Origin: Actinomycetes bacterium
GTDB lineage: Bacteria; Actinomycetota; Actinomycetes; Nanopelagicales; Nanopelagicaceae
Assembly (NCBI GenBank): GCA_037138575.1
Contig: JBAXIC010000001.1
Span: 1,556-65,555 of the forward strand
Direction: 5' to 3'
Length of the DNA stretch: 64,000 bases
A program made the translations under genes and the position numbers. Positions 54,454 through 64,000 of the stretch are shown here, one piece after another. The notes beneath the pieces were generated by a model, which did not search any database, was not told the DNA's origin, and was given only the letters and a program-made list of their open reading frames with translations. Within the stretch, counting starts at the first letter, position 1. Each line of letters starts with the position of its first letter.

Positions 54454-54526
54454 TGCCCCGAGTCGGATTCGAACCGACACTATGCAGTGTTTGAGACTGC
54501 CCTCTCTACCGTTGGAGTACCGAGGC
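54454..54526 (-). tRNA. tRNA-Leu(CAA), 73 nt, short variable loop, CCA not encoded
   Basis: GCCTCGG/TCGGGGC acceptor stem, GCAGT-CTCAAAC-ACTGC anticodon arm, GTCGG-TTCGAAT-CCGAC T arm, discriminator A. Confidence 0.93.
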
Positions 54527-54552
54527 TTTTCGATAACCGAACGGCCTCAATC

Positions 54553-55992
54553 TTAGCGGTAAGCCGCGGCTACTCCACCAACTGCATCTCCTACACGGTG
54601 AACCCGCATCGCATTTGTTGAGCCAGGAATTCCAGGAGGCGAACCAGCAACAATCATGACTTCATCACCGGCTTGGGCACGGCCTGACTCAATGAGAACG
54701 CTATCAACGAGTTTGACCATCTCATCAGTTGCGCCAACTACAGGAGTAAGCATTGATTCAACACCCCAAGAAAGGGCCAAGCGGTTATATGTTCCGATTT
54801 CAGGTGTCATAGCAAGAATTGGAATAGGTGAGCGAAGACGTGACATTCGACGGGCAGAATCTCCGCTTTGCGTGAATGCAACTAAATACTTTGCGCCGAC
54901 AATTGCGCCAACCTCTGTGGCCGCCTTTGTAATTGCGCCTCCCTTAGTACGAGGTGGTGTCTTAATAGGGCGAATACGATCAAGACCGCCCTCCTCCGTT
55001 TTTTGGATAATGCGCGCCATTGTTTGTACAGCCTCAATTGCAAATTCGCCCACACTTGTTTCACCGGAGAGCATCAAAGCATCGGCCCCATCTAGAACTG
55101 CATTGGCGCAATCAGTTGCCTCGGCACGTGTAGGACGTGAATTAGTAATCATCGAATCAAGCATTTGAGTAGCAACGATGACCGGCTTTGCCATATCGCG
55201 AGCAAGCTCGACACACTGCTTTTGGACTAGCGGCACATCTTCAATTGGAAGCTCTACACCCAAATCTCCGCGAGCAACCATGATGGCATCAAAGGCATCA
55301 ACGATTCCAGCAAGGTTTTCTACGGCTTGGGGCTTTTCAATCTTTGCAATCACTGGGACTCGAATACCTTCTTCATCCATGATCTTATGAACATCTTTAA
55401 TATCCTCAGCGCTTCGGACAAATGAGAGTGCGATGAAATCGGCACCGGCGCGAAGTCCCCAACGTAAATCTTCGATATCTTTTTCAGATAGAGCAGGAAC
55501 GGATACCGCAACGCCAGGAAGATTAATTCCCTTGTTGTTGCTCACTGCACCCGGCTCAATAACCTTTGTGATTACGTCATTACCTTTAACTTCAATTACT
55601 TCAACAGTTACTTTTCCATCATCGATAAGGATGCGATCTCCTGCTTTGCAATCCCCCGGCAATCCTTTATACGTTGTTCCTACGCGCTCTTTAGTACCTT
55701 CAACGTCATCGGTTGTAATTGTGAAAATATCTCCGCGCGATAAATCATGCGGCCCTGCCTTAAAGCGAGCAAGACGAATCTTTGGTCCTTGTAGGTCTAC
55801 GAGGATTGCTACTGGACGACCAGCTTCTTTAGCGGCGGCGCGAACACGATCAAGTCGACCCTGGTGCTCTTCATAAGAACCATGTGACAAGTTCAAACGA
55901 GCCATATTCATGCCCGCTTCGATGAGCTCCTTTACTTTTTCAGGAGATTCAACGGCTGGACCCATCGTGCACACAATTTTCGCTCTACGCAT
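54553..55992 (-). CDS. pyk: Pyruvate kinase
   Basis: RRAKIVCTMGPA, DLQGPKIR, MVARGDLG, ATQMLDSM and MLSGET motifs. Confidence 0.98.
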   Translation of the reverse strand: MRRAKIVCTMGPAVESPEKVKELIEAGMNMARLNLSHGSYEEHQGRLDRVRAAAKEAGRPVAILVDLQGPKIRLARFKAGPHDLSRGDIFTITTDDVEGTKERVGTTYKGLPGDCKAGDRILIDDGKVTVEVIEVKGNDVITKVIEPGAVSNNKGINLPGVAVSVPALSEKDIEDLRWGLRAGADFIALSFVRSAEDIKDVHKIMDEEGIRVPVIAKIEKPQAVENLAGIVDAFDAIMVARGDLGVELPIEDVPLVQKQCVELARDMAKPVIVATQMLDSMITNSRPTRAEATDCANAVLDGADALMLSGETSVGEFAIEAVQTMARIIQKTEEGGLDRIRPIKTPPRTKGGAITKAATEVGAIVGAKYLVAFTQSGDSARRMSRLRSPIPILAMTPEIGTYNRLALSWGVESMLTPVVGATDEMVKLVDSVLIESGRAQAGDEVMIVAGSPPGIPGSTNAMRVHRVGDAVGGVAAAYR

Positions 55993-56001
55993 TTGCCTAC
56001 C

Positions 56002-57456
56002 TTAAACCATTAGTTGACGGGTTGTTGGTTCAATGGGAGATGGAAGTTGCGTCTCGCCCGTGAGATATCTATCTACGGCAGCAGCGGCGCTTCGACCTTC
56101 AGCAATTGCCCACACAATAAGTGATTGACCTCGACCAGCATCTCCGGCAACGAAGATTCCTTCTTCGCTGCTTTCAAAGTTTTCATTTCGATCAATATTT
56201 CCACGATCATCGAGTTTAACTTCTAGCTGCGAAATTAACGGTGATTGTTCGGGTCCGGTGAATCCCATGGCAAGGAATACAAAGTCGGCAGGAATATCTT
56301 TTTGAGTTCCTGCAACTGGCTCGAACTTCCCATTTTCAAACTTTGTTTCAACAATCCGTAGTGCACGCACATTGCCCTCAGTGTCACCAAGAAACTCCTC
56401 GGTACTCACCGAAAAGAGTCGATTGTCTTTTTCTTCATGTGCACTGGAAACGCGATAAATCATTGGATATGTCGGCCAGGGTTGTGAAGCAGGACGCTCT
56501 TCGGTTGGTCTCGGCATGATTTCAAGCTGCGTAATGCTTGCAGCGCCCTGTCGAATAGAAGTTCCAAGACAGTCTGCTCCGGTGTCGCCACCGCCGAGAA
56601 TGACTACATGCTTTCCAGCTACGTTAATTGGCGGAACTTCAACTTCACCAAGTGCTTGCTTGTTACCCCATGGCAAGAACTCCATAGCTTGGTAAACACC
56701 TTTTAGTTCGCGGCCAGGAACCTGAAGATCGCGCCATTTAGTTGCACCGACAGCCAGAACGATTGCATCGTATTTCTTGCGAAGATCAGCCCCAGTTACT
56801 TCAGTACCAACATCTACGCCTGAACGAAAACGAGTACCTTCCTTTTCCATCTGGGATAAGCGGCGATCTAAAATATGTTTTTCCATTTTAAACTCTGGAA
56901 TTCCGTAACGCAAAAGACCGCCGATTTTCTCAGCGCGCTCATAAACGGCCACTGTGTGTCCAGCACGAGTGAGTTGTTGGGCTGCAGCAAGACCTGCGGG
57001 GCCGGAACCGATAATCGCAACGGTTTTGCCAGTAATACGATCGGGGGCCAGCGGTTTTACATCACCGGCTTCAAATGCTTCTTCGACTGTGCGCAGTTCT
57101 ACTTGCTTAATGGTCACCGCATCGCGATTGATTCCGACTACACATGCGGTTTCACAAGGTGCAGGACATAGACGTCCAGTGAACTCGGGGAAGTTATTTG
57201 TGGCATGCAATCGGTTGATTGCTTCGGATTTATCTCCGCGCCACATTAAGTCGTTCCATTCAGGAATGAGATTTCCTAGCGGGCATCCCGAATGGCAAAA
57301 AGGAATTCCGCAATCCATGCAGCGACCTGCCTGCTTTTGTAAATGCTCGATGCTCTGAGGTTCATAGACTTCGCGCCAATCCTGAATACGAACATCGACT
57401 GGGCGGCGCACAGGTGTTTCACGCGGCGTTGTAATAAATCCCTTTGGATCAGCCAT
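56002..57456 (-). CDS. gltD: Glutamate synthase small subunit
   Basis: MADPKGF start, [26 protein letters not shown] and [10 protein letters not shown] motifs. Confidence 0.97.
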   Translation of the reverse strand: MADPKGFITTPRETPVRRPVDVRIQDWREVYEPQSIEHLQKQAGRCMDCGIPFCHSGCPLGNLIPEWNDLMWRGDKSEAINRLHATNNFPEFTGRLCPAPCETACVVGINRDAVTIKQVELRTVEEAFEAGDVKPLAPDRITGKTVAIIGSGPAGLAAAQQLTRAGHTVAVYERAEKIGGLLRYGIPEFKMEKHILDRRLSQMEKEGTRFRSGVDVGTEVTGADLRKKYDAIVLAVGATKWRDLQVPGRELKGVYQAMEFLPWGNKQALGEVEVPPINVAGKHVVILGGGDTGADCLGTSIRQGAASITQLEIMPRPTEERPASQPWPTYPMIYRVSSAHEEKDNRLFSVSTEEFLGDTEGNVRALRIVETKFENGKFEPVAGTQKDIPADFVFLAMGFTGPEQSPLISQLEVKLDDRGNIDRNENFESSEEGIFVAGDAGRGQSLIVWAIAEGRSAAAAVDRYLTGETQLPSPIEPTTRQLMV

Positions 57457-60400
57457 TTGCTGCAACCTCCATCACCAATGCATCAACAGGTAAACCTTCA
57501 CGGGTGGCACGGGCCATTGCATCAAGCACGCGGGCATAATCACGTGGCATTACAAGTGAGATGCGCTTGATTGAATCAGACCAATTCTCTAATAAATTCT
57601 TAGCTACTGTTGAATCTGTCTCAAGAGCAAATGAGGCTACAAGTGATTCTAAAATTTCAACTTGATCTTCTGGAATCGCAAGGATGTCAACCATATCGGT
57701 GTTGACATTTGCGTGATCTAAATCAAGAACAAATGCACGTCCTCCTGACATTCCTGCTGCAAAATTTCGACCTGTACGACCAAGAACAAGCACTGTTCCG
57801 CCTGTCATGTATTCGCAACCATGATCACCAATACCTTCAACTACTGCAGTTGCGCCAGAGTTTCGAACACAGAAACGCTCGCCAACAACTCCGCGAATCA
57901 TTATCTCGCCAGATGTTGCGCCGTATCCAATAACGTTTCCAGCGATGACATTTTCATGTGAGGCAAATGTTGATTTCTCATCCGGACGAACAATTACTCG
58001 GCCTCCAGAGATTCCTTTACCAACATAGTCATTGGAATCTCCAAACAAGCGGATAGTTAGACCGCTAGGGATGAATGCACCGAGAGACTGACCGGCAGAT
58101 CCATGCAATGTCACATCGATAGTTCCTTCGGGTAACCCTGCTCCCCCATGTTGACGTGTAATTTGCGCGCCGAGCATGGTTCCAACTGTTCGGTTAACAT
58201 TTCGAACAGGCAATTCGATCTTTACTACTTCCTTTTTATCTAGCGCCTTTTGAGATAAAGAAATCAGTTGATTATCAAGGGCTGCATCTAAGCCATGATC
58301 TTGTTGAGCGGTGTTGTGGAGCGAACTCGTTACATCGGGGCGGACTAGAAGTGGAGCAAGATCTAAACCACTAGCCTTCCAATGATCAACTGCGCGCTTA
58401 GTATCGAGATATTCGACATGGCCGACAGCCTCCAATAGTGTTTTAAAGCCAAGGCTTGCCAAAATCTCACGGACTTCCTGCGCGATGTATTCAAAGAAAG
58501 TTTCAACAAACTCTGGCTTACCGCTAAAACGCTTACGTAACTCTGGATTTTGTGTAGCAACGCCAACTGGGCAGGTATCTAAATGGCATACGCGCATCAT
58601 GACGCAACCAGAAACAACAAGTGGCGCCGTTGCAAAACCAAACTCTTCTGCGCCAAGAAGGGCGGCAATAACAACATCGCGGCCTGTCTTTAGCTGACCA
58701 TCGGTCTGCACCACGATGCGATCACGCAGGTTGTTGAGTAACAAAGTTTGCTGTGTTTCTGCAAGACCGAGTTCCCACGGAGCTCCTGCATGCTTAAGAG
58801 ATGTAAGTGGGGATGCACCTGTTCCACCATCGTGACCTGAAATTAAGACAACATCGGCATGTGCCTTGCTTACTCCAGCGGCAACAGTTCCTACGCCTAC
58901 CTCTGCAACTAGTTTGACGTGAACTCGCGCATTCTTGTTTGCATTTTTTAAATCATGAATAAGTTGCGCAAGATCTTCAATGGAATAAATATCATGGTGC
59001 GGAGGAGGTGAAATTAATCCAACACCAGGTGTGGAGTAACGAACTTTTGCAATCCATGGATAAACCTTGTTGCCAGGCAGTTGGCCACCTTCGCCAGGTT
59101 TTGCTCCCTGTGCGATTTTTATTTGAATATCATCGGCGTTCACAAGGTAATCACTTGTCACACCAAAGCGACCAGATGCAACTTGCTTTATTGAAGAGCG
59201 TTTGGAATCACCATTTGCCATAGGTAAGAAGCGTTCTGGATCTTCGCCACCCTCACCGGTATTTGATTTTCCTCCAAGGCGATTCATTGCGATTGCTAAA
59301 GTTTCGTGAACTTCTTGTGACACCGAGCCATATGACATGGCACCTGTTGAGAATCGCTTAATAATTTCCGATGCTGATTCAACCTCATCGATTGAAATTG
59401 CCGGACGGACACCCTCGTTAAATGCAAAGAGACCACGAAGAGTCATTAACCGAGTGCTTTGATCATTTACACGGTTGGTATATCGCTTAAAGACGTCATA
59501 GCGTTTATTTCGTGTTGAATGCTGCAAAGTAAAGACGGTTTCGGGATCGAATAGATGTGGTTCGCCTTCGCGACGCCACTGATACTCCCCGCCAATTGGA
59601 AGTCGCTTGGTTCCGGGAACTGCTCCCCCAGGTGGGTAAGCAATGTGGTGTCGTGCGATTGTTTCTTGGGCAATGACATCAAGGTTGACACCCCCTAATC
59701 GCGAAGTCGTACCTACAAAATACTCATCTACAAGTTCTTGGCTTAAACCAATTGCTTCAAAAACTTGTGCCCCTGTATATGAAGCAATAGTGCTAATTCC
59801 CATTTTGGACATAACTTTAAGCACGCCTTTACCAAGGCTCTTAATTAAGTTTCGAACTGCCTTTTCAGGAGTGATTCCCGTTATAACTCCTTGAAGAACT
59901 AAATCTTCAGCGGTCTCCATCGCAAGATATGGGTTAACTGCCGCAGCTCCATAGCCAATGAGAAGTGCAACGTGATGCACTTCTCGTACATCTCCGGCTT
60001 CAATAACTAAACCAACTTTTGTACGGGTTTTTTCGCGAATGAGGTGGTGGTGAACTGCAGATGTGAGAAGCAGTGATGGGATAGGTGCTTCTTCTGCATC
60101 TGCATCTCGGTCAGATAAAACAATGATGCGGGCGCCATCTTCGATAGCTTGAGAAACTTCTTCTTTAATCGCATCAAGGCGATCGCGAAGTGATTCTCCT
60201 CCACCGGCAACAAAGAAGAGTCCACGTACCACATGTGCCCCAAGACCTGGATGATCACCATCTGCGTTCACGTGAATAATTTTTGCAAGTTCATCGTTAT
60301 CAATAACTGGAAATGCCAAAGAAATTTGGCGGCAACTACTTGGCCCCGGATCAAGAAGATTGTGCTCGGGTCCCATTGAAGTTCCCAAACTTGTAACCAA

Positions 60401-61966
60401 TTCTTCTCGGATTGCATCAAGAGGTGGATTAGTTACTTGGGCGAAAAGTTGTGAGAAGTAATCAAATATTAAACGTGGTTTATTTGATAGAGCTGCGATT
60501 GGTGTGTCCGTACCCATCGAACCTAGAGGCTCAAGACCGTTCTTAGCCATTGGTGTAATTAATATACGTACTTCTTCCTCGGTATAGCCAAAAGCTCTTT
60601 GACGTCGCAATACAGATGAGTGAGGGTAAACAATGTGTTCACGAGATGGAAGTTCGCTTAACTTAACCATTCCTGCGTGCAGCCAATCCCCATATGGAGC
60701 TGAATCGGCAAGTTGATCTTTTATTTCGCCATCTTCGATAATTCGGCCTGCTTCAATATCGACCAAGAACATCTTGCCTGGCTGCAAGCGACCCTTGCGG
60801 ACGATATTTTCAGCAGGAATATCTAATACGCCAACTTCAGAGGCCAAGACAACTAGACCATCATTGGTTACCCAGAAGCGCGATGGGCGTAGGCCATTTC
60901 GATCGAGGACTGCACCAACTTGGTGGCCATCAGTAAAAGTTACACAAGCTGGACCATCCCATGGCTCCATTAATGAAGCATGAAAGGCATAAAAATCACG
61001 GCGATTTTGTGGCATCGTCTCGTGGTTTTCCCACGCTTCTGGAATCATCATCAACACGGCATGAGGCAGCGAACGGCCACCTAAATACAAGAGTTCGAGT
61101 ACTTCATCAAAAGATGCAGAGTCACTGCCCGACATTTCAACAATGGGAAACAATCTCTTGAGATCGCCGGGGATTACATCACTTTCAAGTAGTGATTCGC
61201 GTGCGCGCATCCAGTTGCGATTTCCCTTAACCGTATTAATTTCGCCATTGTGTGCAATGAAGCGATAGGGATGCGCAAGGGGCCATGATGGAAAAGTATT
61301 TGTAGAAAAACGTGAGTGGACTAATGCAAGAGGTGAAACTACACGCTCGTCAGAGAGGTCAGGAAAAAACTCTTCAAGCTGACCGGTTGTAAGCATTCCC
61401 TTATAAACAATCGTTTGGGAAGACAGGGATGGAAAATAAAGTTTTAAACTATGTTCGGCGCGCTTGCGCAAGCAAAACGCTAAGCGATCAAGATTTACAT
61501 TACTTTCGCCAGTTGCACTAGATACAAATAACTGTTGAAAATTTGGCATTACTGAAAGTGCTGTTTTCCCAAGAGAAGATGAGTTGATTGGAAGCTCGCG
61601 CCAACCTAAAACTACGAGTCCTTCTTCTTTTGCAATCTTTTCAATAGCAGATTTTACATCCACCCCTTGCTCAACAAATGCTATTCCAGTTGCATAAAAT
61701 CCTGCTTCCGGTAAATCAAAATCTGTTACTGCTTGATAGAATTCATTTGGGATGCGAATGAGAATTCCTGCGCCATCGCCGCTATCTGGCTCTGCACCAG
61801 ATGCACCGCGGTGCTCAAGGTTACGAAGCGCCGTTAAGGCTTTCTCTACAATCTCATGTGTTGCTACTTTATTAAGCGTGGCCACCATTGCGACGCCGCA
61901 TGCGTCATGTTCTTGGGCAGGGTCATAGAGACCTTGTGCTTGCGGATAGTTAGATGACAAAGCCAC
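57449..61966 (-). CDS. gltB: Glutamate synthase large subunit
   Basis: [30 protein letters not shown] and CHLDTCPVG motifs; GTG 61966 lies 9 nt after SD AGGAG. Confidence 0.98.
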   Translation of the reverse strand: MALSSNYPQAQGLYDPAQEHDACGVAMVATLNKVATHEIVEKALTALRNLEHRGASGAEPDSGDGAGILIRIPNEFYQAVTDFDLPEAGFYATGIAFVEQGVDVKSAIEKIAKEEGLVVLGWRELPINSSSLGKTALSVMPNFQQLFVSSATGESNVNLDRLAFCLRKRAEHSLKLYFPSLSSQTIVYKGMLTTGQLEEFFPDLSDERVVSPLALVHSRFSTNTFPSWPLAHPYRFIAHNGEINTVKGNRNWMRARESLLESDVIPGDLKRLFPIVEMSGSDSASFDEVLELLYLGGRSLPHAVLMMIPEAWENHETMPQNRRDFYAFHASLMEPWDGPACVTFTDGHQVGAVLDRNGLRPSRFWVTNDGLVVLASEVGVLDIPAENIVRKGRLQPGKMFLVDIEAGRIIEDGEIKDQLADSAPYGDWLHAGMVKLSELPSREHIVYPHSSVLRRQRAFGYTEEEVRILITPMAKNGLEPLGSMGTDTPIAALSNKPRLIFDYFSQLFAQVTNPPLDAIREELVTSLGTSMGPEHNLLDPGPSSCRQISLAFPVIDNDELAKIIHVNADGDHPGLGAHVVRGLFFVAGGGESLRDRLDAIKEEVSQAIEDGARIIVLSDRDADAEEAPIPSLLLTSAVHHHLIREKTRTKVGLVIEAGDVREVHHVALLIGYGAAAVNPYLAMETAEDLVLQGVITGITPEKAVRNLIKSLGKGVLKVMSKMGISTIASYTGAQVFEAIGLSQELVDEYFVGTTSRLGGVNLDVIAQETIARHHIAYPPGGAVPGTKRLPIGGEYQWRREGEPHLFDPETVFTLQHSTRNKRYDVFKRYTNRVNDQSTRLMTLRGLFAFNEGVRPAISIDEVESASEIIKRFSTGAMSYGSVSQEVHETLAIAMNRLGGKSNTGEGGEDPERFLPMANGDSKRSSIKQVASGRFGVTSDYLVNADDIQIKIAQGAKPGEGGQLPGNKVYPWIAKVRYSTPGVGLISPPPHHDIYSIEDLAQLIHDLKNANKNARVHVKLVAEVGVGTVAAGVSKAHADVVLISGHDGGTGASPLTSLKHAGAPWELGLAETQQTLLLNNLRDRIVVQTDGQLKTGRDVVIAALLGAEEFGFATAPLVVSGCVMMRVCHLDTCPVGVATQNPELRKRFSGKPEFVETFFEYIAQEVREILASLGFKTLLEAVGHVEYLDTKRAVDHWKASGLDLAPLLVRPDVTSSLHNTAQQDHGLDAALDNQLISLSQKALDKKEVVKIELPVRNVNRTVGTMLGAQITRQHGGAGLPEGTIDVTLHGSAGQSLGAFIPSGLTIRLFGDSNDYVGKGISGGRVIVRPDEKSTFASHENVIAGNVIGYGATSGEIMIRGVVGERFCVRNSGATAVVEGIGDHGCEYMTGGTVLVLGRTGRNFAAGMSGGRAFVLDLDHANVNTDMVDILAIPEDQVEILESLVASFALETDSTVAKNLLENWSDSIKRISLVMPRDYARVLDAMARATREGLPVDALVMEVAANG

Positions 61967-62063
61967 GGCGATGAGCTCCTGTTGTCTATTAAGAATTGCG
62001 GGACAACCTTGGCCCTTGAACGCTGGCAAAGAGTAGCAACAAACCTAACGATAATTAAAGAAA

Positions 62064-62771
62064 TTAAATCCCTGAGACGTTGGCAATCTGGCCAATTCCA
62101 GCCGTAATGAGCATACCCAGGCAGCCGCCAAGAATGACTCGCACGGTTGGAACGAGGATTTTTGATCCAGCAGTTCGAGCGCTGACAATGCCAGTAATAA
62201 CTAAACCAGCGACGGTAAATGCCACGATGCTCCAGGCTTTAGCGCCAAGAGTTGGGGCAAATGCTCCAAGAAATGGAATAAAGCCTCCAACTATAAAGCT
62301 AGAAGCTGATGCAAGTGCAGCCTGTACTGGCCGTGCCTTTGTATGTGGGTGCTGTCCTAGCTCATCACGTAAGTGAGCAGCTAACGGATCTTTCTTATGC
62401 ATCTCTTGCGCAACGGTCAACGCAAGTTCTGGTGTCAAGCCGCGGGCAATATAAATCTCTTGAAGCTCAATTAATTCACCTTCTGGATCTGCAGCTAAGT
62501 GTGCGATCTCCAACAAACGATCAGATTCTTCTACATCGTTTTGAGATCGCACTGAAACGTATTCACCTACTGCCATTGACATGGCACCCGCTGAAATTCC
62601 CGCAAGACCTGCAGTAATCAGAAAATCATTTTTTCCTGCGGCGGCAACACCAATCATAAGCGATGCAGTAGATACGAGCCCATCATTTGCACCTAATACA
62701 GCAGCACGTAACCAACCTGCTCGATGTGTGCGGTGTTCAAGATTGCGACGATAGATTTCTTCTAGTGACAT
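62064..62771 (-). CDS. VIT1/CCC1-family Fe/Mn transporter
   Basis: WLRAAVLGANDGLVST and SMAVGEYVSV motifs; ATG 62771 lies 7 nt after TAGGCT. Confidence 0.93.
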   Translation of the reverse strand: MSLEEIYRRNLEHRTHRAGWLRAAVLGANDGLVSTASLMIGVAAAGKNDFLITAGLAGISAGAMSMAVGEYVSVRSQNDVEESDRLLEIAHLAADPEGELIELQEIYIARGLTPELALTVAQEMHKKDPLAAHLRDELGQHPHTKARPVQAALASASSFIVGGFIPFLGAFAPTLGAKAWSIVAFTVAGLVITGIVSARTAGSKILVPTVRVILGGCLGMLITAGIGQIANVSGI

Positions 62772-62792
62772 GTGCAAGAGCCTACCTGATTT

Positions 62793-63599
62793 TTAGGGCG
62801 CCTTCCTTGATTGTGAGATTAGTGTCACTAAACCCAAGAGCGCGACAATCAAGCTGACCCAAATATTCAAGCGTAATCCTGCGATTGTGTGAGCAGTATC
62901 AATTCGAATGGATTCAATACCTAATCGCCCGATTGAATATCCCATCACATATAAAGAAAAAATTTGACCGCTCTTCAAACGCTTTCCCAATGAAATCAAT
63001 ATAACTGCCAGCAATGAACACCAGATTGCTTCATATAGAAAAGTCGGATGGAAAGTCTCAAATGCTAAGTATCCGGAAGGTCTGTCTCGCACTGGAACTT
63101 GTAATGCCCACGGGGCAACTAAAGGTCGTCCAAATAATTCGATATTGAACCAATTTCCAAATCGACCAATCGCTTGAGCAAATAAAACACCTGGGGCAAG
63201 AGCATCAAGAAAAATTAAAAATTCAGGCAGTTCAATCTTTTTTGCCAACTGTTTATAGCGAAACCAAGAAGCTAATGCGCCTAGTGAAATCGCACCCCAA
63301 ATCCCAAGTCCACCTTCCCAAATCTTTAATGCATCAAGGGGATGTCCACCTCTACCAAAATATGCATCAGGTGAGGTAATGACGTGATAAATACGGCCAC
63401 CAAGAATTCCAAATGGAACGGCCATGATCGAGATTTCAGAGACCACAGATTTGCCATTGGGTGTGAGGTCACGAAAGCGTTTATCTCCCAGCCAAATTGC
63501 AACTGCGATTCCCGTAATGATGCATAGTGCGTAAAGATGAAATGTAAACGGGCCTAACTCCAGCGCCGAAAGCGTTGGCGAAGGAATTGAGCGAATCAA
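62793..63599 (-). CDS. lgt: Prolipoprotein diacylglyceryl transferase
   Basis: GGRIYHV, IWEGGLGIWG, QAIGRFGNWFN.ELFG and HPTFLYE motifs. Confidence 0.96.
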   Translation of the reverse strand: MIRSIPSPTLSALELGPFTFHLYALCIITGIAVAIWLGDKRFRDLTPNGKSVVSEISIMAVPFGILGGRIYHVITSPDAYFGRGGHPLDALKIWEGGLGIWGAISLGALASWFRYKQLAKKIELPEFLIFLDALAPGVLFAQAIGRFGNWFNIELFGRPLVAPWALQVPVRDRPSGYLAFETFHPTFLYEAIWCSLLAVILISLGKRLKSGQIFSLYVMGYSIGRLGIESIRIDTAHTIAGLRLNIWVSLIVALLGLVTLISQSRKAP

Positions 63600-63602
63600 G
63601 GA

Positions 63603-64000
63603 TTAACTTGCTTCGAAAGCTGCAGAAAACTCATCAAGTACAAATGCACTGTTCTTGCGTACCCATAGTTTCCCATTGAAGAAAACCGTTGGAGTTCCAT
63701 TAACTTTGTACTTTGCCATTGAGTCATAAGCTGCCTTTACTTGATCAAGTTTCGAAGCCTTATTAACGCAATCAACGAAGCTCTTTGACTTTAACCCAAC
63801 ATAATTACCAATCTTTAAAAGATTAGTACTTGTAAAGAAGCCGGAGTTTTCAAGTGCAGGCTGAACTAAATAGATGGCTTTATGGAAATCTAAATAGTGA
63901 CCTTCATCAGCAGCGCAATATTCAGCATTTGCCGCTGAGATAGATTCATTTCCAATAAATGAAACAACATGAAAGACAACTTTTGCTTTCTTTGTACGAA
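63603..64000 (-). CDS. DsbA-family thioredoxin-fold protein, C-terminal part (5' end outside the window)
   Basis: Manual translation gives ..SFIGNESISAANAEYCAADEGHYLDFHKAIY...GTPTVFFNGK...* with the cis-Pro GTPT motif; not in the ORF track. Confidence 0.85.
   Translation of the reverse strand, partial: RTKKAKVVFHVVSFIGNESISAANAEYCAADEGHYLDFHKAIYLVQPALENSGFFTSTNLLKIGNYVGLKSKSFVDCVNKASKLDQVKAAYDSMAKYKVNGTPTVFFNGKLWVRKNSAFVLDEFSAAFEAS

Noticed and set aside
54401-54553. tRNA-Leu as an integration site for an island
   Set aside because: No integrase, no duplicated tRNA 3' end and no foreign genes; the flanks are core pyk and pdtaR.
61967-62029. N-terminal extension of gltB or a leader peptide
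   Set aside because: The TTG at 62029 abuts the -10 element and lies upstream of the likely TSS; the SD supports GTG 61966.

Overview
A densely packed core-genome segment from a streamlined actinobacterium of moderate GC (about 45-48% by eye, not computed). Gene content, synteny and tiny intergenic spacers best fit the freshwater acI lineage (Ca. Planktophila/Nanopelagicales); this placement is an inference. Listed mostly in transcription order, it holds: the first codons of tyrS, argCJBDRH, infC-rpmI-rplT-trmH-pheST, fabG-fabI, DUF3099-SURF1, an ABC exporter, sufR-B-D-Rieske-C-S-U-T, ctaA-tkt-tal-pgi, gap-pgk-tpiA-secG-rbpA, coaE-uvrB-uvrA-uvrC-(APH-like kinase)-rapZ-yvcK-whiA, rpsA, an MFS transporter, polA, a PaaI thioesterase, livKHMGF, gltBD-pyk-tRNA-Leu(CAA)-pdtaR, VIT1, lgt and a partial dsbA. 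I found no mobile element, prophage, CRISPR array or defence island, and no convincing new multi-gene system. The signals worth a second look are mostly cis-regulatory: an L20-leader-like RNA and an ATC start for infC, tandem ARG boxes overlapping the pheT stop, a GlnR-type box and SD-sequestering leader at livK, unexplained hairpins after rpsA and before gap and gltB, many leaderless promoters (some reusing the upstream stop codon as the -10), and a short-arm tRNA-Leu. One accessory kinase is inserted in the uvrC-rapZ operon.
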